A stretch of DNA of 64,000 bases from a virus (lineage: Duplodnaviria; Heunggongvirae; Uroviricota; Caudoviricetes). Shown here in pieces: positions 55,551-64,000 of the stretch; the first letter of the stretch is position 1, and every line of letters starts with the position of its first letter. The notes below the pieces were generated by a model. It saw nothing but the letters and a program-made list of their open reading frames with translations. It made no database searches and was not told where the DNA came from. The translations under genes and the position numbers were made by a program. Location: the IMG/VR virus record IMGVR_UViG_3300037418_003103, one strand, 5' to 3'.

Positions 55551-57206
55551 ATGATTACAATAGGATTCTCTACAAGAGAACACAATTCTGAATACATTAC
55601 GCATTTGAAAAAAACTTGTGCTGTAGGTGATAAAAATGTTGAGGTAATTGAAATAATTAATACTGGAGATAAATCGCTAACCGAATGTTATAACAAAATA
55701 CTTCATGAGGCAAAAAATGATATGGTTGTATTTGTTCATGATGATGTGATTATAGAAACTGCTTCCTGGGGAAGTAAGCTTATTAAACTATTTAAAGATA
55801 ATCCTACTTATGGAATTATAGGCGTAGCGGGTACAAAATTTCTTCATGAGTCAGGAAAATGGTGGGAAAAGCCAAAAAAAATGTATGGCCGAGTAAAACA
55901 CACTCTTAACGGAAAAACTTGGCTTTCTGCATATAGTCCTGATTTATCAAATATAATTGAAGATGTAGTGGTTGTGGATGGTGTTTTATTTGCAGTGAAT
56001 AAAAATAGGATCAAAGCTGATTTTGATGAAAACGTAAAAGGATTCCATTTTTATGATGTTAATTTTTGCTTTAGAAATTTTTTAGAGGGTGTTGGCGTTG
56101 GGGTAACAACAAAACTTAAAATAATCCATAAATCAATCGGACAAATAGGCCCTGAATGGGAGGCAAATAGAAAGTTATTTGCAGAGGAGTTCAAGGACTC
56201 ACTACCAGTCAGTGTAAAACGTGTCATTCGTAAGAATGAGAAATTAAAGGTAATGATAGGATGCCTTAGTTTTAAAGATTTTACAGGCTCTGAGCTATAT
56301 GTATACGAGCTGGCAAAAGGTCTCATCAAAGAGGGCTGCGAAGTTAGTATTTGCTCAAATATTGGAGACCCACTGTTAAGCATGGCGGTTAAATTAGGCA
56401 TAAAGGTTTATCCATTAAGTGAACCACCTAGTTATAAATTAGGAGACGGAAAATGGCTTTTAAAAGGATACAACGGAGCCACCGAAGTATCTAAAGAAAA
56501 GATGCTTTATAAAGTTAATAATACAAACTTTGATATCATTCATTTGAATCATAAGCCTGTTGCTGAACATCTTATTAAATTGTTTCCTGAAACGCCTATG
56601 GTATATAGTATTCATTCAGAAATACTTAGTTTAGAGGAGCCAGTTGTTTCACCTCAAATTAAAAAATATATTACGATTAGGCCAGAAATAACTGAGTATA
56701 TTTCAACAAATTTCAATATAAACAAAGAAGATATTGAACTGATTTATAATCCAGTTGATTCGACTAGATTTAAAGTTAGAAAAGCTATGCCTAAGAGAGA
56801 AAAAAAACGAATTTTATTTGTTGGAACAATAGATTACTTACGTAAACAAACAATAAATGATCTTATAGAAACAACCAGGACGGATAATAAAGAATTGTGG
56901 ATTGTCGGTAGAAAGAATGATACTTATTTAGATAGTATGATTGATAATGAGAGCCATGTTAAATACTTTGAACCAACATTTGCCATAGAGAATTATATCC
57001 ATGAGTGTGATGAGGTTGCAGGAATTTTATTGGGGAGAACGACAATAGAAGGATGGATGTGTGGAAAACCCGCTTGGATTTATAACGTTGATCCTAATGG
57101 AAATATCATAAATAAAAAATTGGTTAATGTACCTGAAGATGTGAATAAGTTTAATGCTTCTGAGGTAGTATCAAAAATAATAAAAATATACGAAGAATCT
57201 ATCTAA
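55551..57206 (+). CDS. Bifunctional glycosyltransferase (GT-A N-terminal + GT-B C-terminal)
   Basis: N: VFVHDDV, GIIGVAG, VVDG, FDE..GFHFYD; C: FTGSELYVYELAKGL, IYNPVD, LFVGTID, GRTTIEGWMCGKP. Confidence 0.82.
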   Translation: MITIGFSTREHNSEYITHLKKTCAVGDKNVEVIEIINTGDKSLTECYNKILHEAKNDMVVFVHDDVIIETASWGSKLIKLFKDNPTYGIIGVAGTKFLHESGKWWEKPKKMYGRVKHTLNGKTWLSAYSPDLSNIIEDVVVVDGVLFAVNKNRIKADFDENVKGFHFYDVNFCFRNFLEGVGVGVTTKLKIIHKSIGQIGPEWEANRKLFAEEFKDSLPVSVKRVIRKNEKLKVMIGCLSFKDFTGSELYVYELAKGLIKEGCEVSICSNIGDPLLSMAVKLGIKVYPLSEPPSYKLGDGKWLLKGYNGATEVSKEKMLYKVNNTNFDIIHLNHKPVAEHLIKLFPETPMVYSIHSEILSLEEPVVSPQIKKYITIRPEITEYISTNFNINKEDIELIYNPVDSTRFKVRKAMPKREKKRILFVGTIDYLRKQTINDLIETTRTDNKELWIVGRKNDTYLDSMIDNESHVKYFEPTFAIENYIHECDEVAGILLGRTTIEGWMCGKPAWIYNVDPNGNIINKKLVNVPEDVNKFNASEVVSKIIKIYEESI

Positions 57207-57214
57207 ATAATACT

Positions 57215-57943
57215 ATGAGCGATATTACTGTTATTTTAAATGGATATAAACGACCTCAATTTCTTGAAACACAGCTTCAGCACATAAATAAACAAACTAT
57301 TAAGCCAAAAGAAATAATGTTTTGGCAGAATGGGTATGAAGAATTTGATTCTCAAATTACTAGCAAGATGAAATCTGCAGTCTGTAATGCTAATTTAGGC
57401 GTTTGGGCTAGATTTGCTTACGCTCTTAATGCAAGAACTGAATATATATGCATATTTGATGACGATACATTTCCTGGCAAAAGATGGTTAGAGAATTGCA
57501 TTGATACAATGAAAACACATGAAGGCTTATTAGGAACTATCGGCCTTATATATCAGTCTAAGAATTCTTATCATCCAATCACTAGGTTTGGATGGGATAA
57601 TCCAAATGAAGCCGTTGTTAAAGTGGATATAGTTGGACATGCGTGGTTCTTTAAAAGAGAGTGGCTATCAGCATTTTGGCGGGAATTACCACCAACTGAT
57701 TTGACGCTTGTTGGAGAGGACATGCATTTTTCCTTTATGATACAAAAATATTTGGGGCTCAATACCTATGTGCCACCTCATCCAGTTAACAACAGGGATC
57801 TTTGGGGTAGTCTTAACGGATGGAATTTAGGAAGAGAAGCAAACGCTATCTCATTAGTGCCAAGAAATATAAATCTAATGGATTCTTATTTTAAAGAATT
57901 AGTAAAAAGAGGATTTAAACTGATTAATGATGACCAAATTTAA
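57215..57943 (+). CDS. GT-A fold (GT2-like) glycosyltransferase
   Basis: ITVILNGYKRP, YICIFDDD, VDIVGHAWFF, GEDMHFS. Confidence 0.8.
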   Translation: MSDITVILNGYKRPQFLETQLQHINKQTIKPKEIMFWQNGYEEFDSQITSKMKSAVCNANLGVWARFAYALNARTEYICIFDDDTFPGKRWLENCIDTMKTHEGLLGTIGLIYQSKNSYHPITRFGWDNPNEAVVKVDIVGHAWFFKREWLSAFWRELPPTDLTLVGEDMHFSFMIQKYLGLNTYVPPHPVNNRDLWGSLNGWNLGREANAISLVPRNINLMDSYFKELVKRGFKLINDDQI

Positions 57944-58649
57944 AGAGGATTTTAATCGTTTTTGGGAAATGATTAATGATGGAAATAATTTCTCTCTGGC
58001 CAGGTATGCTGATGGAGAAGTTTTGCTTATGACAAACGCTGGTGTGAGAAGCCAAACCCAGGCTTTTATGGTTGATAAATGGATGGCTACATCTGGTATT
58101 ACTAAGGTAGGTACTGATCTTATGGCTACTCTGAATCACACTGAATCTGATTACTATTACGCTATTTCCGCTAAGAATGACCATATGGGTGATTACACAT
58201 TTCTTTATAATACTATAGCGCAAGATAAGAAAAATATAACTTTTGTTAATTTGTGGATCAATGCCAATTATAACCAAATGAAGGATAATTTATGCTCATT
58301 AAAGAGAGATGTTATTTTGATTTGTAATCAAAAAGGGCGTGTTAATAATTATCCGTTTAAAGTATCTGATTTAATTCCTTTTCCAGACGACTGTGTTAAT
58401 TTTTGGGAATCAAATGGTTATGAGTATACTGAGTATTTAAAAGATAAATTTAAATCAATAACGAATCAATTAGTTTTTATATCCTGTGGGCCTATTTCAG
58501 AAATAATAATACATGAGTTGTACTTACTAAATAATAAAAATTCATATATAGATGTCGGATCTTCAATTGACGAATATACTCATGGGTATAAAACACGTCC
58601 ATATATGATAAACGGGAGCTATTACAATAAATTAATTTCTGAATTCTAA
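57927..58649 (+). CDS. GT-D fold (DUF1792-like) glycosyltransferase
   Basis: FSLARYADGE; LVFISCGP; YIDVGSSID. Confidence 0.7.
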   Translation: MMTKFKEDFNRFWEMINDGNNFSLARYADGEVLLMTNAGVRSQTQAFMVDKWMATSGITKVGTDLMATLNHTESDYYYAISAKNDHMGDYTFLYNTIAQDKKNITFVNLWINANYNQMKDNLCSLKRDVILICNQKGRVNNYPFKVSDLIPFPDDCVNFWESNGYEYTEYLKDKFKSITNQLVFISCGPISEIIIHELYLLNNKNSYIDVGSSIDEYTHGYKTRPYMINGSYYNKLISEF

Positions 58650-58651
58650 CA

Positions 58652-59338
58652 ATGGAAAAACTTAGCCTTTTAACTTATACTCATTCTAAATGTGAACAAT
58701 TACACTATCCATATTTCAAAAGGCTTGAAAAATATTTTCCTGATTTAAAAAATAATTTTGTTACTTCAAATAAACCAGTTAAGCAAGGGAATAATATATT
58801 ATACAATGATACTGATCCCTATTCCACGCACATTATTAACTCCTTAAAATTAATACCTACAGATTATATTTTATATTGTCAGGAGGATTATATTCTTTTT
58901 GATTATGTATTATCAAATGATTTGATAAATTTAACTAATTTAATGGAAGGAAATCAGTTTATCTCTTTTATCAGATTGATAGATAGCGGTATTGAAGGGA
59001 ATAGAGTTTTGTTTAACCCATCTTTATTATATATTAATCCAGATTCAGAATATTTTTTTTCTACTCAGGCAACAATTTGGAGACGTACAGAATTAATAAA
59101 AATGTTTGAATTATCCAGGGCCAAATCAATATTCGACGAACCATATAATTCAAAATTTTTAAAAGAAATAGGTGCGGTTGGCTTATGTTCTCTTAAAAGA
59201 GGTAATAAAGTTGGCAGCCATTATAACTCTTTAATTTATCCATATATTGCCACAGCCAAGGTTAAAGGAAAATGGAATTTTGAAGAATATAATAATGAAT
59301 TAAACTGTCTGTTTAATGAGTATGATATCAAAGAATAA
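58652..59338 (+). CDS. Putative GT-A fold glycosyltransferase
   Basis: YILYCQEDY, FIRL, STQATIWR, KGKW. Confidence 0.6.
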   Translation: MEKLSLLTYTHSKCEQLHYPYFKRLEKYFPDLKNNFVTSNKPVKQGNNILYNDTDPYSTHIINSLKLIPTDYILYCQEDYILFDYVLSNDLINLTNLMEGNQFISFIRLIDSGIEGNRVLFNPSLLYINPDSEYFFSTQATIWRRTELIKMFELSRAKSIFDEPYNSKFLKEIGAVGLCSLKRGNKVGSHYNSLIYPYIATAKVKGKWNFEEYNNELNCLFNEYDIKE

Positions 59339-59993
59339 ATTGGCGGTGGTAATTCAAGGGCCATCATGTAATGTTATACAACAAAAAAATGCTTGGAACG
59401 GTTTTCATATAGTTTTCTCCACCTGGAAGGGAGAAGAAGATAAGTATAAAGCGTCCGATAATGTAATATTTAATGAACTACCTTCTATTCCTGGTCCAGC
59501 AAATTTTAATTTTCAGATTTTATCCACTCTAAATGGATTATTAAATTTGAAAGATTCTGGCTATACGCATGCTTTAAAAATAAGAAGTGATTTGATCCCA
59601 ACGAATGCCAATAAATTTATTAAACTACTAGACGCCGAATCATTTAATTTTTTATGTTGGCATGAACACGAGGTTTATCCATCTTGCCCTGGTTATTTAG
59701 TAGATTATTTGTGCGCTGGATCAATTGAGGACATGATTAATCTATGGAGCATTACTGATATTTTTGCTATCGTGCCTGAGGTAGTATTAACATGGAATTA
59801 TATCATTAAATTTAAATATAGAAATGTTTCATATTTTCTTGATTCTTTGTGCGACGATAATGATTTACTTTGGATTAAGAATAACCTATTATTATCTTCA
59901 TATAAGCAAAGTGATAAATACGATAAGTATAAAAAATTTGATTTTTCGAGCTCAATTGACTCTTTAAACGAAGGTTATTTAAAATTTTTATAA
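59316..59993 (+). CDS. WavE-like polysaccharide synthesis protein
   Basis: AVVIQGP, IVFSTW, N.NFQILSTLNGL, ALKIRSD, DY..G, PEV. Confidence 0.7.
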   Translation: MSMISKNKLAVVIQGPSCNVIQQKNAWNGFHIVFSTWKGEEDKYKASDNVIFNELPSIPGPANFNFQILSTLNGLLNLKDSGYTHALKIRSDLIPTNANKFIKLLDAESFNFLCWHEHEVYPSCPGYLVDYLCAGSIEDMINLWSITDIFAIVPEVVLTWNYIIKFKYRNVSYFLDSLCDDNDLLWIKNNLLLSSYKQSDKYDKYKKFDFSSSIDSLNEGYLKFL

Positions 59994-59995
59994 AA

Positions 59996-61360
59996 GTGAT
60001 TAAGTTAATTATTTTTGATTTGGATGGAGTGCTGGTTGATATAAAAAGCACACATTATCATTGTCTAAATAAAGCGTTAGAAGATGTAGATAAAAAGTTT
60101 GTTATAAACTGGACAGATCACTTGAGTAAATTTGATGGGCTTAAAACAAAACAGAAGTTAGAATTATTAACAATTGAAAGAGGGTTACCTATTGAACAGC
60201 ACACAAAAATTTTCGAAAAAAAGCAAATAGGCACATTAGAAGCTATTAAAAAAATAAAAAAATCAGAAGAACTAAAATTCGTGTTATCTAATTTCGAGAA
60301 AGATGGCTACAAAATTGCATGCTGTTCAAATTCGGTTAGAAAAACAGTTATAACTGCGTTATCAAAATTAGGGGTTATAGAACATTTCGATATGATAATA
60401 TCGAATGAGGATGTAAATAATGGGAAACCACATCCCGAAATGTATTGGAAAGCCATAAGCAGCTTTAAGCTACAGCCCGAAGAAGTTTTGATAATCGAGG
60501 ACTCGCCTAACGGATTACTTGCGGCACATCGCAGTTCGGCCAATGTTATGCGTGTATCTAATTCAAAAGAGATTACTTATACAAATATATGCGAGGCCAT
60601 CAATAGTATTAATAATTCGCTTGTAGTTCCCAAATGGAGGAATAAAAAATTAAATGTTTTAATCCCCATGGCAGGGGCAGGATCAAGATTTGAACTAGCT
60701 GGTTTTAAAAAGCCTAAGCCGTTAATTGATGTTAACGGCAGTCCAATGATTAAGGTTGTCACTGAAAATCTTAATATAGAAGCTAATTTTATATATATTG
60801 TTCAGAGTGCCCACTATGATAAGTATAATTTAGAGGAATTATTACCCTTAATATCTCCATCTTGCAAGATAATAAAAGTAGATGGATTAACTGAGGGCGC
60901 AGCGTGTACAAGCCTCTTAGCTAAAGATTATATTAATAATGATAACCCGCTATTAATAGCAAATTCAGATCAATTTATTGAATGGGATTCGAACCAATTT
61001 TTTTATAAAATGCATGAAACCGATGCTGATGGAGGAATTGTTACTTTTAAAGCAATAGAGCCAAAATGGTCTTTTGCAAGAGTGAATAAAAAGGGACTAA
61101 TAATTGAGGTAGCCGAAAAGCGTCCTATTTCATCAGACGCAACAGCAGGCGTTTATTATTGGAAGAACGGATGTGATTATGTCAAGTATGCTGTTCAAAT
61201 GATAGAGAAGAACATTAGAACCAATAACGAATTTTATATTTGTCCTGTTTTTAACGAAGCTATAAGGGATAATAAGAAAATATATAATTATCCAATAAAT
61301 AGAATGCATGGGCTTGGAACTCCAGAAGATTTAAAAAATTATTTAGAAAAATTATTATGA
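59996..61360 (+). CDS. HAD phosphatase fused to sugar nucleotidyltransferase-like domain
   Basis: N: IIFDLDGVL, CCSNS, KPHPE, IIEDS; C: VLIPMAGAGSRF..G...PKPLI, TEGAA, IANSDQ, VAEK, NNEFYICPV, GLGTPEDL. Confidence 0.88.
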   Translation: MIKLIIFDLDGVLVDIKSTHYHCLNKALEDVDKKFVINWTDHLSKFDGLKTKQKLELLTIERGLPIEQHTKIFEKKQIGTLEAIKKIKKSEELKFVLSNFEKDGYKIACCSNSVRKTVITALSKLGVIEHFDMIISNEDVNNGKPHPEMYWKAISSFKLQPEEVLIIEDSPNGLLAAHRSSANVMRVSNSKEITYTNICEAINSINNSLVVPKWRNKKLNVLIPMAGAGSRFELAGFKKPKPLIDVNGSPMIKVVTENLNIEANFIYIVQSAHYDKYNLEELLPLISPSCKIIKVDGLTEGAACTSLLAKDYINNDNPLLIANSDQFIEWDSNQFFYKMHETDADGGIVTFKAIEPKWSFARVNKKGLIIEVAEKRPISSDATAGVYYWKNGCDYVKYAVQMIEKNIRTNNEFYICPVFNEAIRDNKKIYNYPINRMHGLGTPEDLKNYLEKLL

Positions 61361-61959
61361 GTAAAAAAATATTTGTAGAAGTTGGAGCTAACACAGGAAG
61401 TGATAGCGATAAATTTGTTACCGAAGACTCATTACTTTTTTGTTTTGAGCCCGCAATGGAACTAGCTTATAAATTATGGGAAAAATACAAAAGAAAAAAT
61501 GTTATAGTTTTACCATTTGCTGTAGATAAAGAAAATGCAATTAAACAATTTAATATTTCAGGTACGATTAATTGGGGCTGCAGTAGTTTGAACGATTTTT
61601 CACCCGACATACACGAGAAATGGGCTAATAGGCCTGACTTCATCTTCACTGATTCGTATAATGTTCCTACGATTACGCTGTATGATTTCATATCAATGTA
61701 TAATATAGAAAAGATTGATTATTTATGGATTGATGCACAAGGAAGTGATTTTAACGTTATTAAGGGCTTGGGTGATAAAATTTCTATTGTTGAAGAAGGG
61801 AAATGCGAAGCAGCTCATAAAGTAGATTTGTACCATAATGTAAACAATCATTACACCGATATAATAGACTATTTACACGCTAAAAATTTTGAAACTAGTA
61901 TTACGTTAGACCAATCTGGATTTGGAGCTGAATGCGATGTTATATTTAAAAAGAAATGA
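61357..61959 (+). CDS. FkbM-family SAM-dependent methyltransferase
   Basis: VEVGANTG, FEP, GCSSL, VPTITL, IDYLWIDAQGSDFNVIKG. Confidence 0.85.
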   Translation: MSKKIFVEVGANTGSDSDKFVTEDSLLFCFEPAMELAYKLWEKYKRKNVIVLPFAVDKENAIKQFNISGTINWGCSSLNDFSPDIHEKWANRPDFIFTDSYNVPTITLYDFISMYNIEKIDYLWIDAQGSDFNVIKGLGDKISIVEEGKCEAAHKVDLYHNVNNHYTDIIDYLHAKNFETSITLDQSGFGAECDVIFKKK

Positions 61960-62390
61960 TTTTAATTGCGCATAGAGGAAATACTAACGGGCCTAATACC
62001 GTGATGGAGAATAATCCAGAGTATATTAAAGAAACTATGAAAAAGGGATTTGATGTGGAAACAGATGTGTGGTTTGAAGATGGAGAATTTCTCCTAGGTC
62101 ATAATTTTCCTTTTTATAAAGTATCGTATATTTTTTTGAAGAATGATAAATTATGGTGTCATGCTAAGAATATATCTGCGTTGATAAAAATGTTAGAAAT
62201 TGGCGGCATACACTGTTTTTGGCACGAAAATGACAAAGTCACACTGACGTCTAAAAACTACATATGGACGTATCCAGGAGAGGAGTTGACATCCAGATCA
62301 ATAGCTTGTCTTCCAGAAAATAGCACTTTTAAAAATATAGAAGTATCGAAAGGCATTTGTAGTGACTACATATTAAATTATTCATTATGA
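61956..62390 (+). CDS. Glycerophosphodiester phosphodiesterase-like (PLC-like) small protein
   Basis: IAHRGN..EN...GFDVETDVW..LGH..WCHAKN..GICSD. Confidence 0.75.
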   Translation: MILIAHRGNTNGPNTVMENNPEYIKETMKKGFDVETDVWFEDGEFLLGHNFPFYKVSYIFLKNDKLWCHAKNISALIKMLEIGGIHCFWHENDKVTLTSKNYIWTYPGEELTSRSIACLPENSTFKNIEVSKGICSDYILNYSL

Positions 62391-63385
62391 TTCTATTAGC
62401 ATACGGGACAAGGCCTGAATATATAAAAATAAAACCACTTATTAACGAGATGGCCAAGAGGAACATAAAATTTAAAACTCTTTTTACTGGTCAGCACGAG
62501 GATATTGTCGCATCAAACCCAGATCTTAGCATTTATATACCAAAAGATGGAACTAATAGGCTTGATACAATCCTATCAAGTTGTATGAATCTACCTGATG
62601 AATTCTTTAATGGTATTCAATACATATTGGTGCAAGGAGATACAACTTCTGTTGTAGGTCTTTCACTTTCGGCAATGCATAGAAAAATTAAATTAATACA
62701 CATGGAAGCTGGGCTTAGGACATACGATTCAAATAATCCTTTTCCTGAAGAAAATAATAGAAGAATAGTTTCAAGTATTGCTGATATTCACTTATGCCCA
62801 ACAGAATTGAATAAAGATAATTTAATTAAAGAAAACGTAACAGGTGAAATATTTGTTGTGGGTAATACAGGTCTAGATAATCTCGTATATTTAAAGAGAG
62901 ACTGCGAATATACAAATAAAGTACTTGTAACTCTTCATAGACGAGAGAATATTGAACTAATTACTGAATGGTTCGAAGAAATAAATAAGTTAGCTAAATT
63001 TCACCCTGAACTAAACTTTATTCTCCCGATGCATCCTAATCCAAAAATTAGATTGCATAGAAATATTTTAAAGTATGTAAATGTGATAGAGCCATTAAAT
63101 CATTCAGAATTGCTTAGTTTACTGGTTAAGTGTAGAATAGTAATTACGGATAGTGGTGGCTTACAAGAGGAGTGTTCATTTTTGAATAAACGCTGTGTTG
63201 TTTGCAGGAAAACAACCGAAAGGCCAGAATCATTGGGTTTTAGTACAGAGTTGGTTAAATCACCTAAACAATTGCAGCATATCTTTGAGTACTGTAATGA
63301 TAACCACCAAATAAATGTCGTTTCACCTTATGGTGATGGATATTCATCTATAAAAATAATAGATATATTGAGTAAATTAATTTAA
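62387..63385 (+). CDS. wecB: UDP-N-acetylglucosamine 2-epimerase (non-hydrolysing)
   Basis: GTRPEYIK, TGQH, VQGDTTS, HMEAGLRT, PFPEENNR, VGNT..D, TLHRREN, TDSGGLQEE, TERPE, PYGDG. Confidence 0.95.
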   Translation: MILLAYGTRPEYIKIKPLINEMAKRNIKFKTLFTGQHEDIVASNPDLSIYIPKDGTNRLDTILSSCMNLPDEFFNGIQYILVQGDTTSVVGLSLSAMHRKIKLIHMEAGLRTYDSNNPFPEENNRRIVSSIADIHLCPTELNKDNLIKENVTGEIFVVGNTGLDNLVYLKRDCEYTNKVLVTLHRRENIELITEWFEEINKLAKFHPELNFILPMHPNPKIRLHRNILKYVNVIEPLNHSELLSLLVKCRIVITDSGGLQEECSFLNKRCVVCRKTTERPESLGFSTELVKSPKQLQHIFEYCNDNHQINVVSPYGDGYSSIKIIDILSKLI

Positions 63386-63389
63386 ATAA

Positions 63390-64000
63390 ATGAGTATTAA
63401 AAAATGGATAGCTAGGAATATAGGCGCGTTATCTCTTGCATTTGTAAATGTACAAAATGATCTGCTCGGCCAAAAAACAAGCAATGTAGATAATAATATT
63501 TCTGTTGAGAAAAAGCAAACGGCCAACAGTCTTGCAGAGGGGTTGATTAAAGGGGAAATAAATATGGAGGTAAGAAATTTAAGATGGAGAATGTACAAGA
63601 TTCTTCAAGCTTCTCAAGGGAACATTTCTAAAATAGTAGGATATGAGAAAGATGAAAATGGCAATACTGTACCTATTACAAAAACAATAAAAATAGATAA
63701 AAAATTAGGCTTAAAAAATATAAAATTAGATTCTTTTGATTCATATCCGTTAGAGATGGTTATCGATAATGTACCAATAACTTTAAGCGTTGGAGAAGCC
63801 TTAGAAAAAAATAGTCACGAGCTAACTGCAGTAGAGTATTTCGCTAATACTAAAAATGAAAGGCCAATTAGCATTATACGAGAGCAGCTACCTCAATTTG
63901 AAATAGAAAATTATACTAAAAAATTAAATGTTAGAATAATAAATAATACCGATAGGCTTCTTGAATTTTGCACTAGTAAATATCCTGATCCAGACAATAG
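63390..64000 (+). CDS. Hypothetical protein, truncated by the window end
   Basis: ATG at 63390: MSIKKWIARNIGALSLAFVNVQNDLLGQ...EVRNLRWRMYKIL; appears open to the end of the window. Confidence 0.7.
   Translation, partial: MSIKKWIARNIGALSLAFVNVQNDLLGQKTSNVDNNISVEKKQTANSLAEGLIKGEINMEVRNLRWRMYKILQASQGNISKIVGYEKDENGNTVPITKTIKIDKKLGLKNIKLDSFDSYPLEMVIDNVPITLSVGEALEKNSHELTAVEYFANTKNERPISIIREQLPQFEIENYTKKLNVRIINNTDRLLEFCTSKYPDPDN

Noticed and set aside
1-64000. Stop-codon reassignment (as in some Bacteroidota phages)
   Set aside because: Long conserved genes are intact in code 11, and TAG/TGA terminate genes at sensible positions (e.g. 41138, 51040, 8056)
1-64000. CRISPR array, cas genes, integrase, IS transposase, rRNA
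   Set aside because: No regularly spaced direct repeats or recognisable motifs were found by eye; intergenic spaces are short

Overview
AT-rich, gene-dense 64 kb segment of a large contractile-tailed (myovirus-type, probably jumbo) phage in the standard genetic code. The host is most likely Bacteroidota, judged from TAnnTTTG promoter elements and A-rich, SD-less translation starts. Left to right: (1) 0-4 kb accessory block with an AlkB-like dioxygenase, two atypical tRNA-like RNAs, and a 'FETNSSS' protein coupled to a radical SAM enzyme; (2) tail tube and tail sheath genes flanked and split by three paralogous Zn-finger-repeat/Vsr-like nuclease/Mom-like GNAT genes; (3) about 20 kb of modular fibre/adhesin genes, an SGNH esterase fibre, and neck/tail-completion genes; (4) SNF2 helicase, glutaredoxin, neck protein and a family-B DNA polymerase; (5) more virion genes, including a run of putative head-internal proteins with a WYL-like protein; (6) nucleotide metabolism genes (dUTPase, IMPDH/GMPR-like, DHFR, degenerate HD protein) and a roughly 8 kb glycan-biosynthesis operon. 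A recurrent (A/C)TATTTAT motif precedes the structural genes and is a candidate phage late promoter. The best candidates for an undescribed system are the modular Zn-finger nuclease-GNAT family and the tRNA-like RNA / FETNSSS / radical SAM locus. All functional calls come from motif recognition by eye; no database searches were run.
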